DNA from: Candidatus Helarchaeota archaeon
GTDB lineage: Archaea > Asgardarchaeota > Lokiarchaeia > Helarchaeales > RDOG01
Direction: 5' to 3'
Assembly (NCBI GenBank): GCA_029838215.1
Contig: JALGVI010000051.1
Location: 1 to 50,175, forward strand
Length of the DNA stretch: 50,175 nt
The position numbers were made by a program, and so were the translations under genes. The first letter of the stretch is position 1. Each line of letters opens with the position of its first letter. This document shows positions 19,515 through 27,846 of this stretch, in pieces. The notes below the pieces were generated by a model. That model did no database searches and was not told where the DNA came from. It saw nothing but the letters and a program-made list of their open reading frames with translations.

Positions 19515-21047
19515 ATGACAAGTGAGAAGGACAAGCCAGATTTATATTGGTTGTTTAGTCCGAGAACAATTGCGGTGGTAGGTGCCACGAAGAATATAAG
19601 TAAGGTTGGAGGACAGGTAATAAATAATTTGAGAATAGGAGGATATAAAGGAAAAGTCTTTCCGATCCATCCCAAGCATGATAAAATTTTTGGCTGGACA
19701 GTACATAAATCCGTTAAAAATGTGTCTGAGCCATTGGATCTGGTCGTTTCTGTCATTCCAAACCATAAAACTGCACCAATTGTTGAAGAATGCGTCGAAA
19801 TTGGAGCAAAATTCGTTCAAATCATTACTGCAGGATTTCAAGAGATCGCGAGCTTTGAACCGGAAGCAATGAAATATCAAGATGAAATTACAAAATCTCT
19901 GAAGCGCGCGAAAGGAACGACACGAATCATTGGTCCAAATTGCATGGGAATAACGTCCACGGGTTCGAATTTAAACGCCATGATGGGTTTTCTTCCACTC
20001 GCAAAAAGCCTTGATGGCTTTAACATTAGCATCACGAGCCAAAGCGGAACTTGGACGTGGAATGTCGTCAATTTCGCAAACAGTCACGGCATAGGAATTG
20101 CAAATGCAATTTCAAATGGAAATGAATTGGACCTTACGTTTGAAGACTTCATCGAATACTTCGGCTTTCACTGTGAAAGAACCAATGCCATAGTTGGATT
20201 CTTAGAAGGATTTCGCAATTCTCAAAAAATTAAAAAAATTGCCGCCGAAATTTCTGAAAAAAAGCCGATCATTATTTTAAAAGGAGGCAAGACGAAAAGC
20301 GGAGCAAGAAGTGCGAGCTCTCATACGGGTTCGATCGCAGGAAGTTATGCAATTTTTAAATCTTTTTGCAAGCAAGCGGGAATAATTGAAGCGGAAGATT
20401 CATCTGATCTAATAGATTTAGCAAGAGCGGCGAAGATTTTCCATCCAAATAAATTTCCGCGTGGAAATCGAGTCACCATCTTTACCGGTGGTGGTGGCGC
20501 AGGCGTGATCTTGTCGGACATTCTTGAGAATCACGGACTACAATTAGCTAAATTAGAGAAAGAGACGATCGAAAAATTAAGCGAAATCTTGCCTCCTCAT
20601 TGGCCCCATGGGAATCCCGTTGATTCTGTCGGCTCGATGGAAGTCTGGATGCAACTTAAAAAAATCATGAAGATAATCTCGCAAGATAACAATACGGACA
20701 TCATAATGACTTCCATTCCCACGATGGGTGCAGCACAAGACGACATCCCCGAACCAATGAAGAAATGGGCAAAACGCGTGATGGGAATTGAAGAAATAAA
20801 TCGTGATGTTTTAGTGTCTTTTGACCGAAATATTGCCAAGGACATCATTAGAATCTTACGAAAAACGGATAAACTACTCGTGTTCCCAACAAGTCATTAC
20901 AATTCTGAAGGTCATTACGAATACGAGATTTTCACGAAACTATTCGAAAATGGTGTTCTCGTGGTATCAAATGCCGTGGATGGCTCCCGAATCATTAAAA
21001 AAATGCTTGCCTATAAGGAATTTCTCAAAAAACGAAGAAATAAATGA
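19515..21047 (+). CDS. acdA: Acyl-CoA synthetase (NDP-forming) alpha subunit
   Basis: CoA-binding N-term (IAVVGAT..KVG), IIGPNCMG, SQSG, SASSHTGS phospho-His, GGGAGV, GNPVD; no beta subunit adjacent. Confidence 0.85.
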   Translation: MTSEKDKPDLYWLFSPRTIAVVGATKNISKVGGQVINNLRIGGYKGKVFPIHPKHDKIFGWTVHKSVKNVSEPLDLVVSVIPNHKTAPIVEECVEIGAKFVQIITAGFQEIASFEPEAMKYQDEITKSLKRAKGTTRIIGPNCMGITSTGSNLNAMMGFLPLAKSLDGFNISITSQSGTWTWNVVNFANSHGIGIANAISNGNELDLTFEDFIEYFGFHCERTNAIVGFLEGFRNSQKIKKIAAEISEKKPIIILKGGKTKSGARSASSHTGSIAGSYAIFKSFCKQAGIIEAEDSSDLIDLARAAKIFHPNKFPRGNRVTIFTGGGGAGVILSDILENHGLQLAKLEKETIEKLSEILPPHWPHGNPVDSVGSMEVWMQLKKIMKIISQDNNTDIIMTSIPTMGAAQDDIPEPMKKWAKRVMGIEEINRDVLVSFDRNIAKDIIRILRKTDKLLVFPTSHYNSEGHYEYEIFTKLFENGVLVVSNAVDGSRIIKKMLAYKEFLKKRRNK

Positions 21048-21154
21048 AGGAATTCCATTAGTAAATTCAGATTCATGTATTTCATTACCAGTCTTGAATG
21101 TTTAAAATTCAATTTTTTTTAAGTTTCCGTGTAATTTTTAGCCGGACGATTAAA

Positions 21155-22432
21155 ATGGTTCGACCACCGACAAGACCCGGATTATGCGTGGCGTGCAAGG
21201 GAGCTCGGTTACTTTGCGGTAAAGAAAGTTGCCCAATTCTCATGAAGCAACAAAGTATCATGCCGCTTAAAAAAATAAAACTTTTGGATGCAACCGAACT
21301 CGTTGGAGAAAGTCCTCCTTCTTTTTTCGTTGGGCATTATTCCTATCCGAACGTCTTAGTCGGTCCAATGCTTCCACCAAATGAGTTGGAACTGGGTACT
21401 AAGCTGAAAATCGTGGATGAACCCGATACGTGGTTCGGTAACCGCATCCAAGATCTGGTCGATTTACGAACATCCCTGTTCCGCACTGCATTCCGAACGA
21501 ACGTGAACGAGTTTCATTCTCGTTTATTAGACGTGTCAAGAGAATTGGTGATGGCAGGAAAACCCGTTGGAACGGAAGTTAAGTTTGAAAAAGCTCCCAA
21601 GATAAGAATATTATATGATAGCCATTCTCCTCCCATGGGACCTGTCGGAACCGTTAAAAAATTAGAACTTCAGTCCAATCCATCTGTTCCATTAGTCGTG
21701 GAAAAGGTCGTAGCCGATACAGATCTTAAAGCAACAGCAGCAATGGATCTATTATATCAGGAATCATTTTCAGTAACTAAGATGACAAGAATTCTGTCTG
21801 CTGGTTTAGTGGGCAGGGAAAAGAACAGAAAATTGGTTCCGACACGGTGGGCCATCACGGCAGTGGATGATACGATATCCAAGCAATTAATTTCTCGTGT
21901 CAAGGAATATTCCCTAATGGATTCATGTCAAGTATTTCATTCTAAATATCTTGATAATAATTTTGTCGTCATTCTCATTCCGCGAGAGTGGGCTTTCGAA
22001 AATCTTGAAGCATGGTATCAAAAATCAACTTTCAACCCGACCAATCAAACAGTTTTCATGCAGGATCATGAGTTTTACGGAGGACGTACGAAATATGCTT
22101 CAAGCGTTACCGGCGCCTATTATGCTGCGAGGCTTGCCGTTACCGAATATCTTACAAAGATCAAAAAACAGGCAGCAGTACTAGTTTTGAGAGAAGTTTC
22201 ATCTGGTTATATCGTGCCTCTAGGCGTGTGGGTGATTCGAGAAACCGTTCGCGATGCAATGAAAAAACCGTCAAAACAATTTAGTACTTTGCAAGAGGCT
22301 TTAAAAAATGCAAGTCGTTTGCTCAAAATTCCAATTAAGCAATGGACGAAAAAAAGCCGATTAATCGATCATTTCACCAAACAAAAAACGCTATTAGATT
22401 ATTTTAAATTGAAAGATTCACGAGCAAGATGA
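21155..22432 (+). CDS. nreA: Nre family DNA repair protein
   Basis: CVACKGARLLCGKESCP Zn finger, SPPSFFVG..SYP, RKLVPTRWAITAVDD, GYIVPLGVWVIRE, C-terminal PIP box QKTLLDYF; ATG 21155 preferred. Confidence 0.93.
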   Translation: MVRPPTRPGLCVACKGARLLCGKESCPILMKQQSIMPLKKIKLLDATELVGESPPSFFVGHYSYPNVLVGPMLPPNELELGTKLKIVDEPDTWFGNRIQDLVDLRTSLFRTAFRTNVNEFHSRLLDVSRELVMAGKPVGTEVKFEKAPKIRILYDSHSPPMGPVGTVKKLELQSNPSVPLVVEKVVADTDLKATAAMDLLYQESFSVTKMTRILSAGLVGREKNRKLVPTRWAITAVDDTISKQLISRVKEYSLMDSCQVFHSKYLDNNFVVILIPREWAFENLEAWYQKSTFNPTNQTVFMQDHEFYGGRTKYASSVTGAYYAARLAVTEYLTKIKKQAAVLVLREVSSGYIVPLGVWVIRETVRDAMKKPSKQFSTLQEALKNASRLLKIPIKQWTKKSRLIDHFTKQKTLLDYFKLKDSRAR

Positions 22433-22616
22433 AAATTCATTCGGTTTTCCTCTAATCTTTGCAGCTCTTCTTCATATTCACTATTCAAGATTCCTTAAGA
22501 TTGCTAAATAGCTTTGAAATTCTCAGAATCGTGTCGGAGAAAGATTCATTTCCTAATTTTAGATTCTTTAATGCACGATATGCTTCTTCTCGAATTGTGA
22601 TTGTTTTTGTTGTCAT
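22399..22616 (-). pseudogene. Frameshifted VapB-family (DUF217-like) antitoxin
   Basis: MTTKTITIREEAYRALKNLKLGNESFSDTILRISKLFSNLKES* (22616-22485); continues in another frame as GILNSEYEEELQRLEENRMNF...LK* to 22399; not in ORF track. Confidence 0.75.
22413..22444 (+). repeat. 32-bp direct repeat, copy 1
   Basis: aagattcacgagcaagatgaaaattcattcgg; 31/32 identical to 23640-23671; contains the nreA stop codon. Confidence 0.9.
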
Positions 22617-22759
22617 CAATTATGTTTATGTTTAAACGTGCATAAATTTTTTTTTTCATTAAAAAAAATCTACTTTCGAACGGAAAACTCGGACTTTCCT
22701 TGTCAGAAACTCGAAAAAAGGCTGATAGGCTATCTCAAACTGTAGTGCCAACCGAATAT

Positions 22760-23179
22760 TTATCTTTTAATTGGATTTATTACCTGAAGTTTAGGTACTT
22801 TCATAAAATCGGTTTCATTATCTGTATAAATTTTTGTAATATTATTTTCAAGCATCGACGCAACGATAACTGCATCATTTGTCCGAATATTAAAATCCTT
22901 AGTAATAGAGATTGCTTTCTGAATGGTGTTCTTCGAGATATCAAAATAAATTAATCGCCTCGATTTCAGTAACACTTCTACTCTAAAATTTGCCTCTTCA
23001 GTACCTATCAATTTATTCAATTTGTAGTGCGTTTCTAAAGCGATAATTGTATTATAACATAAACGCAGAGTGCCCTTTAGACCCATTTCCATGATATTCA
23101 AGGCCTGATGATATTCAGGGAAATTCCTGATATTTGCAAAAATAATGATGTTGGAATCAATGAAACTCAATTCGACCAT
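22760..23179 (-). CDS. vapC: VapC PIN-domain toxin
   Basis: FIDSNII, ALE, DAVIVASML, IYTDN..DF; ATG 23179 preferred. Confidence 0.88.
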   Translation of the reverse strand: MVELSFIDSNIIIFANIRNFPEYHQALNIMEMGLKGTLRLCYNTIIALETHYKLNKLIGTEEANFRVEVLLKSRRLIYFDISKNTIQKAISITKDFNIRTNDAVIVASMLENNITKIYTDNETDFMKVPKLQVINPIKR

Positions 23180-23366
23180 TGTTCTTCTGATTCCATAGCG
23201 GGTCCGAAGTATAATCTTCTTCATTTTCTGAAATTAATCTAATTTTAAGAGTATTTTGTCCTTCTGCTTCAATAATGAGATGGGTTGACTCCTTTATGTT
23301 GAACATTTCTCTAAACTCCTTTGGGATAACCAATCTGCCTTTTTTATCTATTTTAACAACTACCAA
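23157..23366 (-). CDS. AbrB/MazE/SpoVT-family antitoxin
   Basis: VKIDKKGRLVIPKEFREMFNI; TTG start at 23366 after AGGTGG RBS; overlaps the toxin. Confidence 0.85.
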   Translation of the reverse strand: MVVVKIDKKGRLVIPKEFREMFNIKESTHLIIEAEGQNTLKIRLISENEEDYTSDPLWNQKNNGRIEFH

Positions 23367-23485
23367 TAAGACCCACCTTATTATTCCATCAACCACTAAT
23401 TTATCCCACTAAATGCTATTAAGTTTTTCCATCAATTTTTTCTTAATACTCGTGTCAAGGGTCCATCTTTCTAATCCTTCACCTT

Positions 23486-23640
23486 TTAACGATTAGAGAG
23501 ATATTCGATTACGCCCTTTCCTAGCTTTTCTGCATCCTGTGAAGTGATTTCACTTTCTGTCTACAGATTTCTCAAAAATTTCAAATCGACAATATTCCAT
23601 CCTATCGAAGATCTTTCGATTTCGGGATATTTAAATCGTA
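23486..23640 (-). pseudogene. Decayed antitoxin-like remnant
   Basis: RFKYPEI...VDLKFLRNL*TESEITSQDAEKLGKGVIEYLSNR*, with in-frame TAG at 23561-23563; N-terminus cut off at repeat copy 2; resemblance to short archaeal antitoxins is from memory. Confidence 0.45.
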
Positions 23641-23671
23641 AGATTCACGAGCGAGATGAAAATTCATTCGG
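23640..23671 (+). repeat. 32-bp direct repeat, copy 2
   Basis: aagattcacgagcgagatgaaaattcattcgg. Confidence 0.9.
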
Positions 23672-23675
23672 CTTT

Positions 23676-24524
23676 TTACGCTTCAAATTTAATCTTGCTT
23701 TCAAACTTTTTTCCATCGAGAAATAGAACACGATGAAGCGTTCCTGCACGTTTTGTTTTTTCCCTGAGTTCTCTTGCACTCAGTTCATCTCGATTTGGGG
23801 GAAAAACAAGACTTGTAATATAGTATTGGTTGACAAGTTTCAATTCCGTAAATGAACTGGGTAGCTGAGAAAAATCCTCGAGGAACATGTCGTAAAGTGT
23901 TTGAATGGCATCTTTGTCCATGTCCCCCGTTTTTGCTCGACAAAACCCCAATCTCGTTTTAAGGCATATTTCCGTTTCCGTGCAGAAATCAATGTCCTTG
24001 CATTTTACTTGCGTTTCTGGTTTACATTCATCCAATGGGTTTCCATCTTTCATTTTCTTTAAGGACGGTATGTTTTCCTTGGTTTTAATTGTCCAAATCT
24101 TTCCTGAAGAAGGAGATATGGATAGTAATAGATAGCAAGTATCCGAGAATTGCTCGTAAATCTGATTTATCTCTGCAGGGGTCATGGTTTGTTGAACCTT
24201 TTTCAAGAAAAGAGACTTGAGATCTCGCTTACCGGGTTGCCAAGGAGTGCCAATTTCAAGTGGAACTATATCTGGAGAAACGCGTGGTTGCGTGTAAATA
24301 GTCCCGGATACGGTGTAATTGTCCTCTGGGAAATTTTTAGACATGAATAATCCAATTAAATCTTCGTATTCATAGGACCCATTAATGGTTAATCTGTTTT
24401 TTTTACTTGATTTAATTTGAATTACAGGTCCAGCATTTTTATACGTTCCTTTCGAGAATTTCACAAAACGATTATGTACGTAATCGTCCACTTTGTTTTC
24501 AATTATTTTATTGATAAAATGCAT
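23676..24524 (-). CDS. Conserved archaeal hypothetical protein with a Cys-rich segment
   Basis: 282-aa ORF; MHFINKI...VH.RF.KFSKG and LREKTKRAG.L.R...DGKK....FEA recall an uncharacterised archaeal family. Confidence 0.6.
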   Translation of the reverse strand: MHFINKIIENKVDDYVHNRFVKFSKGTYKNAGPVIQIKSSKKNRLTINGSYEYEDLIGLFMSKNFPEDNYTVSGTIYTQPRVSPDIVPLEIGTPWQPGKRDLKSLFLKKVQQTMTPAEINQIYEQFSDTCYLLLSISPSSGKIWTIKTKENIPSLKKMKDGNPLDECKPETQVKCKDIDFCTETEICLKTRLGFCRAKTGDMDKDAIQTLYDMFLEDFSQLPSSFTELKLVNQYYITSLVFPPNRDELSARELREKTKRAGTLHRVLFLDGKKFESKIKFEA

Positions 24525-24554
24525 GTCGTCGCACCAAAACCATCAAGATTCACG

Positions 24555-24569
24555 AGCATGACTCATGCT
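24555..24569. promoter_or_regulatory. Perfect palindrome, candidate operator
   Basis: agcatga-c-tcatgct, 30 nt upstream of the 24524 start. Confidence 0.4.
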
Positions 24570-24988
24570 TCGTCAAAAAAATTCTTTCTTTGAATCTGTT
24601 GTTTAGAATATTACTGAATTTTATTTATTTTATTATTTCTAATTCAAGGATAAATCAAATTTTCACTCCCTTTTTTGCAAAATACTCCATTTCAACCATT
24701 TTTCAAGCATCTATCAACAATAAATGTCTTGATATGGGAATTTATTCAAAAAAGAGACTTATTTGAGTCTAATCTCAAGAAATTTTGACCGAGAGACTTT
24801 AATTACTCGAAATTGCCAGAACTCTTATAAAAAAATCCTGATCCATATATCGTGGATACGAATAACAAGATATATACCGAGATGTATCGCGAGAATTACA
24901 AAAATATATTTGGGCAGTCTTCCTAATGCAGGAATGGATGCCCGTGAATATTTTTCTTTCTAATGCCGATTAGGAGCGTGATCATGGA

Positions 24989-25882
24989 ATGACTGAAGAT
25001 ACCGATAAAATTGAACTTGATGACTTCATTCTAAAGGATTTTCTAAGACCTTTGACGGTACAGTCCGTAGAAGACCTCTTGAAACACTGGGGATATCAAG
25101 TAAATAACAGTAAAAAATCGAAGCTAAACTTATTCAAGGATGCTATTGGTGCTTCCTTAACGAAGGAACAATTTCATGATCTTTGGCTATTACGGGAAAA
25201 GATTACCGTGATAAAAAACAGAAACTGGAAGGTTCTTAAGTTTGATCCCAAGAAATTCAAAGAACTTTCGAATGAAGATTTAAAATCTCAACTCCAAAAG
25301 GAAATTGCCAATCGAATTATCGAGAAAGATCGATTTAGCTTATTGATTCAGGTCCTAGATGAAGGGGAACTCTATGTCATCGTCGATCTTGAAGGGAATC
25401 CGCGCATTGTTGAAGAGTTTGATCACGATTTCAAGATCATCTATCCCATTCAACGCATTCGCCTCATACTTGAAAAGAACGGAATCGCCCGTTTAAATGG
25501 GGGATCGCCTCAATTACATTCTCAGTATATCGAAGTGTTAGAAAACGTATTGGAAACAACGTTTACTCCTCAACAAATCTTTTCCTATGTTTTGAGGGAT
25601 TTTGTATACAAGACTTCTCCCATTAAGAAAATTTCCCTGGTTTGTCCGCGCGAAATGGGTGGGTTCTCTGGAGTTGAACGAATTACGGTTGAAGGACCTG
25701 ATGTCGTGAGAGGAATGGATGACTTACGGAGTCGTCAAGAAATATTATTCAATTTTGATGGCCTTTCTAAATTGGGAGCATGGGTTAAAGTTCATAGTCA
25801 GTCCGCAAAACTTGACGTGAATGGAAATATTCAAGTATCTGACGTGAAAACCAAAAAGCACGTTCTTAAATTCTTTGAATGA
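24989..25882 (+). CDS. Hypothetical protein
   Basis: 297-aa ORF with typical codon content and AGGAG upstream; no family recognised. Confidence 0.65.
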   Translation: MTEDTDKIELDDFILKDFLRPLTVQSVEDLLKHWGYQVNNSKKSKLNLFKDAIGASLTKEQFHDLWLLREKITVIKNRNWKVLKFDPKKFKELSNEDLKSQLQKEIANRIIEKDRFSLLIQVLDEGELYVIVDLEGNPRIVEEFDHDFKIIYPIQRIRLILEKNGIARLNGGSPQLHSQYIEVLENVLETTFTPQQIFSYVLRDFVYKTSPIKKISLVCPREMGGFSGVERITVEGPDVVRGMDDLRSRQEILFNFDGLSKLGAWVKVHSQSAKLDVNGNIQVSDVKTKKHVLKFFE

Positions 25883-25897
25883 CGTGTATAAAAACAA

Positions 25898-26050
25898 TTA
25901 ATCATTTCCCGGTGATATCCCAGAGATAAAACTTGTAAACACCAAGACCGCACATTCCATGCAGTATATCTTGCCATCTATTATCTTATATTCTCCTTCT
26001 GCCACTTCTTTATTGCAGTTTACCACACAACATCTTTTTTTCTCGGTCAT
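25898..26050 (-). CDS. 50-aa LIM-like zinc-finger miniprotein (not in ORF track)
   Basis: MTEKKRCCVVNCNKEVAEGEYKIIDGKIYCMECAVLVFTSFISGISPGND*; AGGAG RBS; follows trpB2 on the same strand. Confidence 0.7.
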   Translation of the reverse strand: MTEKKRCCVVNCNKEVAEGEYKIIDGKIYCMECAVLVFTSFISGISPGND

Positions 26051-26087
26051 TAGATACTTCTCCTAAAAAAAATGAAAAAAATCGGCT

Positions 26088-27395
26088 TTAGTCAAAGCCA
26101 AGTACTTGTTTATACCCTTCCAGATCAAAGAACCCGTGTCCGCTATGGTTGTATATGATGGTTTTTGCTTCTCCTGTTTCTTTACACTTCTTCGCTTCCA
26201 TGATAGCGGCATGTAAGGCGTGTGCTGTTTCAGGTGCTGCAACTAAACCTTCAACCTTGGCGAGAAGTTGAGCGGAAGCAAATATTTCTTCCTGCGGATA
26301 TGCTTGGGATTCGATTACCTTCTCATGAGCCAATAAAGAAACCAAGGGTGCTGCACCATGATAACGAAGACCACCTGCATGAATGGGTGGTGGAACGAAA
26401 TCATGTCCTAGCGTGTACATCTTTGCAAGTGGTGCATATCCTGCAGTATCTCCTAAATCGTATCTGTATTCGCCCTTGTTTATTGAAGGACAAGCCGTTG
26501 GTTCTACTGCTATTATGCGAAGGTCTTCAAATCCATCTTCTTTCCGTAGCTTCTTTCCAATGGATGGGAACGAAAATCCTGCAAAATTTGAGCCTCCACC
26601 CACGCAACCAATCATTATATCGGGCTTGATTTCATATTTCTTCATCTGTAAGAGCACTTCCTGCCCAACGACCGTCTGATGCAAAACCACGTGGTTCAAA
26701 ACGCTTCCAAGCGTGTATTTAGTCCCATCATTTTTTATTGCATGTTCAACTGCTTCGGAAATGGCTATGCCCAAAGAACCAGGATGGTTGGGATCTTTTT
26801 CAAGGAGCTTCTTTCCAAAATCCGTTTTATTCGAAGGACTGGCATCCACGTTTGCGCCATACACCTGCATGAGATATTTACGATACGGTTTTTGTTGGTA
26901 AGAGATCCTCACCATGTATACTTGAAGCGTTATTCCCATTAATGCACACGAATAACTAAGAGCTGATCCCCATTGTCCTGCTCCAGTTTCCGTCACGAGT
27001 TCCGTGCATCCTTCTTGTCTTGCATAATATGCCTGAGCAATTGCGGTGTTTGGCTTGTGACTTCCTGGCGGGGAAAGATCCTCGCGTTTCAAATAAATTT
27101 TTGCAGGAGTTTTTAATACTTCTTCAAGTCGTTTAGCCCGATACATGGGCGAAGGACGTCCCAGCCGATAGTACGCCGTTCTAATTTCCTCGGGTATGTC
27201 GATGTACCTCTGATTACTGAGTTCCTGCTTCACGCACTCAATGGGGAACAAAGCCATCAATTTTTGCGGCGACATCGGCTCATTGTTTGACGGATCCAGA
27301 TATATCGGAAATTCCACTGGGGAATCTACCAAAAGATTATACCATTGCTTTGGCAATTCTTCCGGTTCCAATGTCAGTTTGATTGTTTCTTTCAT
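26088..27395 (-). CDS. trpB2: TrpB-like PLP enzyme (tryptophan synthase beta, type 2)
   Basis: GSHKPNTA PLP lysine, TETGAGQWG, GCVGGGSNFAG, IHAGGLRYHG, SGHG. Confidence 0.95.
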   Translation of the reverse strand: MKETIKLTLEPEELPKQWYNLLVDSPVEFPIYLDPSNNEPMSPQKLMALFPIECVKQELSNQRYIDIPEEIRTAYYRLGRPSPMYRAKRLEEVLKTPAKIYLKREDLSPPGSHKPNTAIAQAYYARQEGCTELVTETGAGQWGSALSYSCALMGITLQVYMVRISYQQKPYRKYLMQVYGANVDASPSNKTDFGKKLLEKDPNHPGSLGIAISEAVEHAIKNDGTKYTLGSVLNHVVLHQTVVGQEVLLQMKKYEIKPDIMIGCVGGGSNFAGFSFPSIGKKLRKEDGFEDLRIIAVEPTACPSINKGEYRYDLGDTAGYAPLAKMYTLGHDFVPPPIHAGGLRYHGAAPLVSLLAHEKVIESQAYPQEEIFASAQLLAKVEGLVAAPETAHALHAAIMEAKKCKETGEAKTIIYNHSGHGFFDLEGYKQVLGFD

Positions 27396-27423
27396 GTTTC
27401 TTCATACCTCCAATAGTCTTTTT

Positions 27424-27445
27424 AAAAACTTAAAGGAATTTTAAG
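27424..27445 (-). terminator. Weak hairpin plus U5 between leader ORF and trpB2, candidate attenuator terminator
   Basis: Minus strand cttaaa-attcc-tttaag-ttttt. Confidence 0.35.
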
Positions 27446-27484
27446 ATTTTCCATTAGAGTTGTCCCGTGCAAGTCGTTAGCAAA

Positions 27485-27589
27485 TCACTGCCAACGCCAG
27501 CACCACTGCCAGCGCCAAAAAAGAGAGTCCTCTAAAGTGGTAGCTAACGAGGAAAAAAAGCCGACTCGGATCTTCTTTACATTAGACAT
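27485..27589 (-). CDS. Putative Trp-rich leader peptide (trpL-like), 34 aa
   Basis: MSNVKKIRVGFFSSLATTLEDSLFWRWQWCWRWQ*; five TGG codons in the last 10; stop 89 nt upstream of the trpB2 ATG. Confidence 0.8.
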   Translation of the reverse strand: MSNVKKIRVGFFSSLATTLEDSLFWRWQWCWRWQ

Positions 27590-27846
27590 GTTTTGCCGTG
27601 AGACACCGCCTACATTGCCTCGGTGTCCTATTCCAAAGAAAGTTAATCCCAGTCCAAGAGGGACAGCCTCATGTTCAAGTTCATTTTGGTTTACGATAAA
27701 AAGGATGAAACCTTTTTAGTATAAAAATCTTTTTTTATTTCAATATTTAAAATCAAACAAGTTTTAAGAATAGGTATAAATATCACGTTATGAGAAACTT
27801 GTTTTGTAATTAGTTTCTTGAAAAATCCCGATGAAGGAAATGCAAT

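Noticed and set aside
19961-19972. gggttcgaattt, resembling a tRNA T-arm
   Set aside because: Lies inside the acdA coding frame with no acceptor or D stems
22413-23671. Direct repeats as CRISPR repeats or integron attC sites
   Set aside because: Only two full copies 1.2 kb apart, no cas or integrase gene, and no copy between the internal TA units
24763-24963. 66-aa ORF in the 24525-24988 gap
   Set aside because: No RBS or motif and atypical composition; more likely divergent promoter DNA
27590-27715. Longer N-terminal extension of the Trp leader ORF (frame stays open about 42 more codons)
   Set aside because: No ATG, GTG or TTG in that frame upstream of 27589
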